A stretch of 63,989 nt of DNA, filler included, from Piptocephalis cylindrospora (lineage: Eukaryota): NCBI GenBank assembly GCA_003614145.1. It is 3 parts of 3 records of this genome, joined end to end, with 100 filler letters (N's around TTAATTAATTAA, not from the genome) between each part and the next. Parts side by side here need not be neighbours in the genome. Positions count along the whole stretch, not along the records: positions 1 to 25,021 come from KZ987780.1; 2 more parts are not named here. One strand, given 5' to 3'. The translations under genes were made by a program, and so were the position numbers. Below, in pieces: positions 1-10,177 of this stretch (its first letter is position 1; each line of letters opens with the position of its first letter). Below the pieces are notes generated by a model that was not told where the DNA came from, did no database searches, and saw only the letters and a program-made list of their open reading frames with translations.

Positions 1-2
1 TC

Positions 3-95
3 ATTGGACTAGACAAGCCCATTCAAGATCGCGCCCTGATCATTCGCACTGGAAAGACCAACACCATCATCCTTGAACTGATAAACGAGTCGTGA
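3..95 (+). CDS. 3' end of a gene entering from the left edge; possibly mitochondrial tyrosyl-tRNA synthetase C-terminal S4-like segment
   Basis: The frame from position 3 reads IGLDKPIQDRALIIRTGKTNTIILELINES* (TGA 93-95). This resembles the 'D.R.LILR.GK....II' C-terminus of mitochondrial TyrRS. Only 30 codons are visible. Confidence 0.35.
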   Translation: MGLDKPIQDRALIIRTGKTNTIILELINES

Positions 96-183
96 GATCA
101 ATAAATCATCCTTCTTCCCCTCTTCCTCATCTGATTCCATTTCCCTTTCCTCACTCTCCTCCAACGCACACATGCATCACAGG

Positions 184-1354
184 CTACAATGGATGTCCAG
201 CTTGAAACTCCCTCATAAACTTTGCCAACGCCTCAACTGCGCTCAACTCCACCGCGTTGTACAAACTGGCCCGGATGCCTCCGGCGCTCCGGTGACCTTT
301 GAGCTGCACAAACCCTGTCTTGACTGACTCCTCTAGGAACTTGGTTTCCAGGTCCTCGTTAGCCAAACGAAACACCACGTTCATCCGTGACCGCGCCCCG
401 GGATCTACGGGACACCTGTAGTATCCGTCGCTTTCATCCATGGTTCGGTACAGCAAGGAGGATTTTTCCGCGGCTCGTTGATCCAACCCCCTAAGCCCCC
501 CCCATCTCCTCCTTGGCCCAGTCCAGGACCAGGGAGAGCATGTAGCAAGAGAAAGACGGAGGCGTGTTGTACAGACTATCCGCCTGGGCACATACCCGCC
601 AGTCCAGAACCAAGGGGATGTGCTCGGGTGTGGCCGTATCTAGCAGATCCCTACGCACCACCACCACGGTCACCCCCGAGATTCCAATGTTCTTTTGCGC
701 CCCGGCGTACACTACTGCATGTCGCGTCCAGTCGATCTTCCGCGTCAAGATATTGCTTGACAGATCCGCCACCAGGGGCACCGACACAGGCAAGAAAGAG
801 TTCAAGTTGGAAAGGGTTTCCGGCATGGAATACTCTACCCCATGAATCGTCTCATTTCCGCAATAGTACGCATAAGCCACCTCCTCCTCTGCCTTTCCAC
901 CATTCTCGGGGAGTCTCCATGCCCCAGCCGGTGGGATCCCCGTGTACCCGCCCAGCTCCTTGGCCCCATTCACGGCCTCCACCACCTCCACCCCCAAGGC
1001 CTTGGCCTCCTCCGCTGCCTTCTTCGACCAACTCCCCGTCACCGCGTAGTACGCCTGGCGACGGGGCGCCCGCGCCGCCAGGAGGTTGAGGGCCACGGCT
1101 GAGAACTGCCCCGTTCCCCCGCCTTGCATCAGCAGAATGTCATGGGTATTCGGGATTTCAAGTAGCTCGCGCATCGTACTCTTTAGGTGGGTCATCAGCT
1201 GCATAAACGGCTTGGACCGATGGGATAGCTCCATCACTGACATCCCCGTCCCTTCATAATTCAGCAGGGAAGTTTGGGCCTTCATGAGAACTGACAGGGG
1301 CAGTGGGGAGGGTCCGGCTCCAAAGTTAAGGGCGCGAGGCGTATTCTCTGGCAT
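184..1354 (-). CDS. SER1: Phosphoserine aminotransferase (intronless; +1 frameshift at a G8 run, + strand C8 at 496-503)
   Basis: ORF 491..1354 has NFGAGP, SVMELSHRS, GGGTGQF and AGAQKNIG (PLP lysine) and YNTPP. The C-terminus RSRMNVVFRL...LKGHRSAGGIRASLYNA lies in ORF 184..591. Removing one G joins them as EEMGGLRGLD. Confidence 0.95.
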
Positions 1355-2359
1355 GATGAGAGTAAGGACGGGAGCTTGGATGAGGAGAAAAGGAGTTGGT
1401 GAGGCCTTTTGGTCTACTGGCTTATTCTACACTTCTATCTGTCTTTTTATATAAGGATCAGTGCAGATGTCTCATCTCGTCTCTCTAGGAATATATCGTG
1501 TATGAGAGGATGTCTCCCACGACGCATCTCCCACACACAAAGTACCGTACGTACATCGTGTGGACTGGATACAAGTGTCTGACTAGAGGTGACCATGATA
1601 AGCCTAGATGTTCACTCATAAAACGCGTAGATTATCTAAGATTCATGTTAACTTAGCTTAGGAAGAGGATAGATGCACAAAAGTGGCGTGTGGCGCCTAA
1701 AATGACGTGCATGGCCTTCTCCCTTCCATTGCATCCTCCATGCCTGCAAGAGTAACCAGTGACCAGTGTGATCACACACTGTCAACAGCTTATTCACACT
1801 GAGGAAGGGCTGCTAATATGGAAGGGGATATTTCATCCCTAGAGAGGACAGGAATTTTCAAGGAAAAGATAGCAGATGGGAATGTACAAAACCATGTAAA
1901 GTTGAGAACTATAAGCTGTTAGAGAGGAATGGATGAGTAGGTCATTCACCTCAAGGATCAAACCACGGATACACAGAGGCCAAGAGGAGAAAATGTTGCT
2001 GAAATAAGGGCCCCCTTTCCCCTTTATACCTTACTCATCCCTGTATCACCATGATGCTCTCACGATATGGACACAGCGTGCTGTAAATACATTCTTAAAG
2101 TAGTATGAGCTACCTCCTTCTGCATACAATAGTAATTTGTATCTTTTAATGATACACTCCAAAGTAAAGTGGTGAGTCCGGGTCTCAGACTTGCCACTGC
2201 ATCTGCCTTTCTCATTGCCAAGATCCTGATCCCATCCTCTTTCCTCTACGCATACCAGCCCCACACTGAGATCTGATCAGGGTCCAAGTGATGGTCATCG
2301 CACAATCTGACCTTTGTCAATGATCATACTAATACCTGGAGATTCAAGAGAGTCTCATA

Positions 2360-2408
2360 CTATTATTATTGTTGTTGTTGTTGTTACTGTTACTATTACT
2401 GTTATTAT
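2360..2408. repeat. (TAT/TGT/TAC)n trinucleotide microsatellite, intergenic
   Basis: tattattattgttgttgttgttgttactgttactattactgttattat. Confidence 0.8.
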
Positions 2409-2977
2409 CAGATTGGATTAAGCCTGCGCATTAACGCTGAAGATGATGATGAGGTAACTGAGAGAAATAACGACGAAGGCGGATGGTTGTAGATACTGAG
2501 ATAGATGTGAGCTAAAGAAGGATTGTGCCAAATGGTCGGTGGGTGGAGTGAACAGTGCTTAAGCGATTGATGAAGTCAAGGATGGGAAAGAGGGCGAGAG
2601 GAGGGAAGGTCAGCAACTTCATTCATGATAACTGCATTTCACACCTTCAATAAAAAGACCTAAGCTGAACTTCTAAAGCCATAGGAAGAGTTCCTTAATA
2701 GTCGCACATGCCCAAGTCCCAGCGCTCTAAAAGAGGTCCAGGGGATAAGTAGACAAAGTAGGGCCCTTGAGACTGGGTTGTCCCTATCAGGAGGACTCCG
2801 CCACACATCGTCCTACCATCCAAGCTCTATGCCTTCTCCTCCTTAATCATTCCCTTCCCTCCCCTGTACTTGCTTCCTTAGCCTTAGTTTACTCCTCTCT
2901 CCTGCCCATCCCATCTCCCGTCAGAGCCATTCTACCTATCCACCCATCAACTATTCACTCGGTTCCCCGTGACAGGA

Positions 2978-4304
2978 ATGCCAGGTGAAAACAAGCTGCT
3001 TCATCCCCCTCGCCATGACGGTTGGAGGACCCATGTCTCCTATTTGGCAAAAGAGTATATGCCTTCTGAATAAAGGAAGAGGGATGCTTAGATTCCTCGG
3101 GTACTTATCTTTCACCTCCCTTACAGCCTGGTCAACTCCAGCCATATCCAGGTTCCAGATAAGGAACGCTTTATCACCTCTCTTGCATGCTCCGATGTAA
3201 GCACCTACCCGTCTCCTCGATATATACCCCATTCACCAATAACTTGCTCATACATTCCCTATATTTTTTCCTGTAGTCCTTTCCCTTCTTGGCCGTGGGA
3301 TCCATGGTGGCCAAGAGTAATCTCTATCTCTATCACACTGGCGATACCAGTGTGTCTCCCACGGTAGGCTCCCCCCCCCCCCCCCAATGTCCTTTGCCTT
3401 TTTCCCGGAAATACTCATACCATTCATTTAGTTATGTGGCTCCTATAGCAAGGGAGGGCCCATCTACTCCATGGCATGGTCAGGGAGGACTCTGCTGACC
3501 GGGAGCTCGGAAGGCACTGTGCAGATCTACGATATTGAGGCTACCCAACTTCAGGAGGCTCGTACTGCTCTAGGCGCCGTAAGGAGTGTGGGAAAGCTAT
3601 CTCATCGACTGGGGAAAGCCGTGATATCTCCTCCCGGCACCCATATCCAGTCCACTCGCGTGAACCAGGTGGATATTTCCCCAGGTCAGGCCAACCAGCA
3701 GATCGCCACAATCATGGGTACTTCGGTCCATCTCTGGGATTTGGAACGGACTGATGCCCCCATTCGCAGCGACAAAGTGGCTCACGAAATGAACCTTGCT
3801 CTCCAATGGCATCCCCAGTCTTCATACGGTCTCCTCGCCGCCGCTGGCCTAGATCGGGGAATCACAGTCCTTGATCCCCGGAAGCATGGAAAGCCCATGG
3901 TAAGATCTTTCATGTGGAAAAGCAGCTATAACCCGACTAGGGGTGGGCAATTCCTTGTCCCATCCAACCCTTCTCCTCTTCTTAGGTGTGGAAGGCAAGA
4001 CAAGCCCATGATGGTATCGTTCGTGATATTGCCTGGCATCCTTACATTCCCTACTGGTTACTCAGTGCAGGTAATTGGCCTGTCCTCTACAGAGAATCTT
4101 CTCCTCTCCATTTCATCCCATTCTCTTATCCTTCTTAAAATTCTAGGTGATGACGGTAAGGTTCAAATGTTTGATGCTCGACACGCCTCCAAGCCCCTCC
4201 TCTCCATCCACTCTCATTCTGGGCCAGTACATTCGGTAGGCCTTAATATTTCCTTTCTACCTTCCTTCTTTTCCCCACTAATACCTTTCCTTGGCCTTTC
4301 CCTC

Positions 4305-4338
<34 letters not shown>

Positions 4339-6582
4339 TTACGACCATGGCCAGGTAAATTGGTCCAATGCCCATTGCGATATCTTGGCTGCAGGAGGGG
4401 AAGATGGAAGGATAAAGTGGTGGCAGCTACGGCCATCAAAGTCTCAGGAAACGGGACAAAGGGAGGTTATTTCCGAACCCATCATGGACACTGAGTGGAT
4501 TTCTGGAGGGAGAAGCGAAGGTGAATATCCCTCGGCCTCTTCCGCCTCCGCTGCCCATATCATACCATCCACCTTGCATCCTGAAATTTACTTTTCCGCT
4601 ACGGCACTGGGCTCCGTATCCAGGTGGGAACCCAAACCCGATCTTCTTAGCATGGTAGCCATGCATCGGTATGGTGAAGAACAAAATCCTCAGGAACATG
4701 CTGTTGAGGCTGCCGTCTATCAAAGAGACTTTACAGAGGCCCATCTCCTCTTGGACGATTTAATTCCCAAGTTAGAATCAGAGCAAAGGTAAGTTTGGTA
4801 GGAGAAGGGAAGTTCATGTTCGCCCACTTATATCCCCTACTCTGGTAGAGCGCCTGAGATCAAAGCATTCAAAGACCTACTCCAGCCCATCCTACCTATC
4901 CCCTCCTCAAGTTGGACCTTTTCCCATTCTGATACCACCAGTCGACGAGGTACTGCTACCAGCTCGGGGAAGATGAGTTTGGAGGGGATTCCTCCAGAGG
5001 TTCGTGATGCTTTTCCCAGGGAGCTAGCCAAAAGAGCTTGGTTCCTTCCTCCAGGATTTGACCCGGACATGCTAGGCCTTAGCCTAAAGAAACCTCCCCC
5101 TGGAGCTAAAAGACGTGGAAAGAGGGGGGAAGAGGCTCAAAAGACGACGGCAATGCTCAGTCCCACCTCAGACAAGGCACCTTCCTCCCCCTCTTCGGCT
5201 TCTCAGTCCTCCTTGATGTCCTCCCAGAGGTCAGTTCAATCTGGAGGGGTGGCCCGGGGGGGGCATGGACATTTCTTCCCCTCAGCTCGTTGCCTCCACC
5301 GTCAAGGATACCTCCCGCGCCCGCACAGCCTCTCCCACTCCGCCTACCCCAGCCCTTGCTCCCCCCGCGCCCGAGCCCGTGGATCCTGCCGTGGAATTCC
5401 GCTCCCGTGTTCGTAATCTAGTGGAGGTTCGAGCATGGGAAGAACTTCTGACCTTACAAAGGGATATCCTCGCCGCCTTACGTCAGCCCCCGAATTCTCC
5501 CGGGGCCTGGGAGGGAAGGTTACTCCGGGATATCATCAAGTGTCTTTTGGGCCAACAGCCTGAAGGGGCCCTTCAGTTGGGCCAATCCGCTGTAGATCAA
5601 ATGGGGGACACGGGCCTCCCCACCCCCAAAGATCTCTCTTCCACCGTGCATATGCTCTTATATCCCACAGTCTTTGACCCCGTTGATGGCCACTCCATTA
5701 CCGATGAGAGCGGTAGGCCCGAGGATGTCAAAGCCGCCCGAAAGGCCGAGAGGAAGCTTGTCCTGGCAGAAATGGAGCATCTCCTTAGTAACCCTAGCCG
5801 AGTTGGAGACATGCTAGAGCTAGAGATTCTCATCCAACGTATTGTCCGACATGAAGGGGAGGACGTGGCCCTTGAGATTGCTGATACTTGCAAGGATATC
5901 CCCACTGTGTCTGCTGGTGCCTTGCGACTCTACATGGGTTCCCTGCTTCAGTTGCGCAAGTATGATGAGTATGCTCGTCTTGTTCTTTCCCTCCTTAATC
6001 AGTATGGCGTCACCAGCTTTGGCCGATGGATCCGGGATCAATGCGTTACCGTATCCGGACCCAAATGCCAAGCCTACTACGAAGGTCTTATCCGAGCCAC
6101 CTCTCGGGATGCCCAAAGTGTTGAGGCCGAGGAGTATCGCGATGCCATTGCCCTCATCCTCCGTCTTCTTCGGGTCTTTCGGCATGAAGAACTCGTCGGA
6201 TGGGATGGATCAAGACTGCAGGAGCATATTGGGTAAGATTTTCTGGAGTAATAGGGAAAAGGAGGAATGAAGGGCAGAGGCCTCTATTCCTATCACCCTT
6301 CTTTAATCTCTCAATCACTATCTTTGACTAGGGTGTTGATGAGCCACTTTTGCAGATTCTTGGATGAACTGGGGATCGAAAGAAAGTTTGCCATGGTAGA
6401 GACGTAAGTGCCCTCTTTAAGGAAAGATCAACAAATTAAACTTACTCATACCTCATGGGTATATGAGGGAAAATAGAGAGTCTCAGGCTATGGCTAAGAC
6501 CATCACGAGTAACGGGAAGGGCCTGGATTCGCTCGTTAACCAATGTATGGCCCAGTTGGATCGCTTCCTTCGGGCAGTATGA
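2978..6582 (+). CDS. WD40-repeat protein with helical C-terminal region (~10 exons; +1 frameshift at G8 5256-5263)
   Basis: Manual splicing from ATG 2978 (MPGENKLL...) through GT-AG introns gives WD repeats: PIYSMAWSGRTLLTGSSEGTVQIYD, AHDGIVRDIAWHPYIPYWLLSAGDDGKVQMFD, HSGPVHSVNWSNAHCDILAAGGEDGRIKWW. The last exon ends FLRAV* at 6582. Confidence 0.8.
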
Positions 6583-7156
6583 GAAGGCGTACAGTGCGTG
6601 TGCTGTGTGTGTGATCGGATGAGAGCCTTGTGTACGCAGGATAAGAAGATTTGTGTCTTGGGAATAGAGCGCTTTACTACCGTAAGTCCTCTACCTCTTT
6701 CTTCTTTAACCATCACACTAATATCCCATCTTCTCCCATCCCCCAGAATAGACTGTGGCTACCAAGGCTCACATTTGAGCATGGAGGCATGGTGAGTGTA
6801 TGATGATACACGATAGGATAAAGCACTTTGCAAAAGGACTCTTAATGCTTTATTATCGGTATAAGAGTGCAAGGATCCTCTGGATAGATTTAGACCAGCT
6901 TAACCCAAGCAAAGAGGATGCATGGCGAAGTGGAGAAAGGGGGAGAGGGGGGAGGAAGGAAGGAAAGGTAAGTGATAAAGGAGAATACAGGAGGAGATAC
7001 TGATTACGGATGGGGTTAGCTGGTCACGCTGACCGACTCATGCGGGTATGAGCAAAAACCAACGACCCCAACATCACATCCCATATCCTTCCCTTCAATC
7101 ACTCTTACACTACCAGGCCCGTAGATAACGGATAAAGAAATGAAGGGGGCAAAGCA

Positions 7157-8212
7157 CTAATAGCCCTTATCTGAATCACCCTTTTCCTCCTTTCCTTTCT
7201 TTCCCTTCTTTCCCTTCTTTCCCTTCTTTCCCTTCTTTCCCTTCTTTCCCTTCTTGTGCTTATCCTTAGCAACACAAGATTCCTTATAAGTGGAAGGTGT
7301 ACCACTGTAGCCGCCAGGAGGAGTAGTAGTATCGTTGGCTTCACTACTCTCATCCACATTGTCGGCCACTGGAGCATCATCGGAATCGTCGGCCACTGGA
7401 GTATCATCTGAATCATCTGCGGCAGGCGAGGAAGTCTTATAGTCTTCGTCACCCTCTTTACTAGAATCATTCGCATCTCCCCCATCACCAGCGCCGCCGA
7501 CGGCGACTTTGTCGTTAATCTTGGTTCCAAAATCCCCCTTCATGAACGACTGATCTACCGTATACTTTTTGGGCTTGCACTTGGAGTGCCTCTCGACCGA
7601 GCATGATTCGAAGCCACCCTTTTTGTGAATGGCCTTGTAGGTGGTGGAGGAGGCGACGAGGAAATCGATATGACCTCCATCGCAGGTCCCGCAGACATCG
7701 TCGACACGGAGGCATCCATCGTGCTCCTGGTTATCGGGAAGGGGAAGCCCAACGAGCTCTTTGACAAAGATGAACTCCCCAAAATCAAGGTCATTGGCCG
7801 CAACAGAGACATAAGGCACCAAGGGGTTGGTCTCGCTACCCACGCCATAAGGGAATTTTTTACCGTCGTACTCTTTGAAGAGGTTGAAGTGACCATCGGT
7901 ATTTTTGCCGCAGCCGGCCAGATTAAGGAGCTTCCCATCGATGAAAGCCGACCCTTCCAGTCGTGCCGCTACAGCAAAATCCCATGGAACCTTACCAGTC
8001 AGGGGCTTGCCATCGCAATCATTGAGTGTCTGGTTTTTATTCTCGGAGCTGTATTCGGAAGGGTACGCTGGCCAGTAGTAAGTGAAGATAATATTATTGA
8101 TGTCATCTCCACCGCCACCTCCAGGTACAGGATTGGCGAGGCCAGTAGGGGTATTGCAAGCAAGGATGAACACGGCCAGCGTGCTCGCGAACGAATTCCA
8201 TGAAAGTTGCAT
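7157..8212 (-). CDS. Secreted 3D (Asp-Asp-Asp)/MltA-like double-psi beta-barrel protein with acidic linker and (KKG)n tail
   Basis: Intronless ORF from ATG 8212 with signal peptide MQLSWNSFASTLAVFILACNTPTGLA. Motifs TYYW, RLEGS, VSVAAND, RVDDVCG and HIDFLV match the three-aspartate 3D-domain pattern. Upstream TATA at ~8480 (minus strand). Confidence 0.7.
   Translation of the reverse strand: MQLSWNSFASTLAVFILACNTPTGLANPVPGGGGGDDINNIIFTYYWPAYPSEYSSENKNQTLNDCDGKPLTGKVPWDFAVAARLEGSAFIDGKLLNLAGCGKNTDGHFNLFKEYDGKKFPYGVGSETNPLVPYVSVAANDLDFGEFIFVKELVGLPLPDNQEHDGCLRVDDVCGTCDGGHIDFLVASSTTYKAIHKKGGFESCSVERHSKCKPKKYTVDQSFMKGDFGTKINDKVAVGGAGDGGDANDSSKEGDEDYKTSSPAADDSDDTPVADDSDDAPVADNVDESSEANDTTTPPGGYSGTPSTYKESCVAKDKHKKGKKGKKGKKGKKGKKGKKGKEEKGDSDKGY
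7193..7255 (-). repeat. 9-bp coding tandem repeat (AAGAAGGGA)n encoding KKG x7
   Basis: The + strand reads tttcccttc repeated, translated on the minus strand as KKGKKGKKGKKGKKGKKGKKG. Confidence 0.9.
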
Positions 8213-9978
8213 TTCGGCTGATGGATATAAACAATACAATCAGGGTAATGACCAAAGTAGTGAGTGATGGAAGAGGAGTGTTGAGATGGGATGGGGTGTG
8301 GGGTGGGTACTGACACTTTGTATCCGCAGGATAGTCAAGTGCGAGAAATAGGAGGAAGAGAGAAGACAGAGGAGGGAAGGAAGAGATGGGGGAGGAAAGG
8401 GAAGGGGAGGGGAATAGGGTTGTGAACAGGAGGAGAGGGAGAGATGGGAAGCCTGGATGGATCAGGTTCGAGCTCAGCTTTTTATACTTTCGTGCGAGAA
8501 GAAGGCCTTGATGTTAGACGATCATGCAATAGAGAGCAGGAGGGGCCCCAGCCCGTCCTATTGGGTTCCTCGACTTATCCATGGCCATTCCCCTCCTAAA
8601 CATTCAAGGATAGGAATCCGTCCGTGCTTGGCATGAATCCAAAGGGAAGATGCCTTCTCCGCATCAGTTAACTACGACAGTCCCCTTCAAATCGTCAAAC
8701 TCGCATCCGCCTTCAGAAGGAAACGGACACCAATGATCTGAGAAATGGTTCGGCTTCCGGGAAAGGGATCGATGAAAGAACCCAAAAGTTGAAGCCTCAT
8801 ACATAGATGATTTGGTCAAACAATATGGATTCTTACCAATATCCCCAAGGATGACCCTATACATTGGCCCTGGATAATATAAAGAGTTTTAACCTTCTTC
8901 GACATAGAAGTACCTAAAAGAAGACATATGATCCACCATGGAAGCTACTATCTATGAAGAATAGCGATATGGAAGGCATCGATCGAAAGCGGAGTTTCAA
9001 TACTGCCGTCACATAGGCTAGAAGTCCTATTGGTACCCAGACTTTCTTACAAGAAGACCGGATAGGTGAGATCTAACAGATGCAGGACCAAGGATATGGA
9101 TCTGTCGGGGGGAAGGGACAGTGTATTGACCAATAGACGAGATTAACATCACCAATGAGAAGTACAGATGGATACCCAAATCGCTCACGCTCTAGAGACA
9201 GCCCAAAACCCTACCTGGAGGGGGGAAGATAGCTCGCATAGTAACGTCTGAGCTAGAAACTGAGGAAAGTTTGGTGCGTGTGTGTACTGGAATGAGAGCC
9301 TCTCTTGTTAACGATGCCTTCAAAGGGAGTTGAGTATTGATACAGAAGTCTCAGTAAAGGATTTCCACGACATCAATCTAGTCATTGGGGCATCGGAAAA
9401 TTCTGTGGAAGAAGGACAATGATAAGCCCAAGCTCGAAGGAAAAGAGGATAAATGTGAGCTTTCATTGAGTTGCTAGGTACCTAATTACCGCCCTCAAGG
9501 TCTAAAGGAATGGCTTATTATCCCAAAAAATTGCCTCTATTACCTCTTTTATTATGAAAATATATGTTGGAAAGCCGCTGCAAAGGGATACATTAACGTG
9601 TCGAATTGCTAATTATAGTTTTATTAGCGGCCGATAATGTGAAAGCACTACGATATTATTAAGAGGATATAGTAGAAAGATGGACTCTATCATCCACATG
9701 TCATCGGTGTCTTCTCGCAAATATGGCTTATCGGCCATCGAGGCGGGTATTGTATTCGGATACCCATTTAGCCCAGTTCACGGGAAAATATAACGGTTTC
9801 ATCATCATCATCACCAGTACGGCTTAAAAGGGATATGATTGTTGATGTGTATGGGGAATATGTCAAGGCGGGGCTTGTCCACTCGCATCTTGCCGTGTGG
9901 ACGTTGAGAAAGGTGTGGACCCCAGCCTGTGTGAAGGTGAACGGAGATGGTATTGTTATTGAATTGGAAAAGAATAGG

Positions 9979-10127
9979 ACGCGTTTCCCCGCACGCCCTC
10001 CTGCTTTACATCATTTTACCAACATCATCCAGCCTTCTTCTCTTTTTTTATCCTGAGTACCGTGTCTAGAAGATAGACCATTGCATAGCTGCTAGTTGCC
10101 CAAGCATACCTTGTTCCCTGTACGCGT
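9979..10127. promoter_or_regulatory. Two ACGCGT (MCB-like) motifs upstream of ELG1
   Basis: ACGCGT at 9979 and 10122, 200 and 56 bp before ATG 10178. Confidence 0.45.
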
Positions 10128-10177
10128 GATTATTCCGAGCGGAATATACGCAACCACGGATCCTGACAGGCTGGAGC

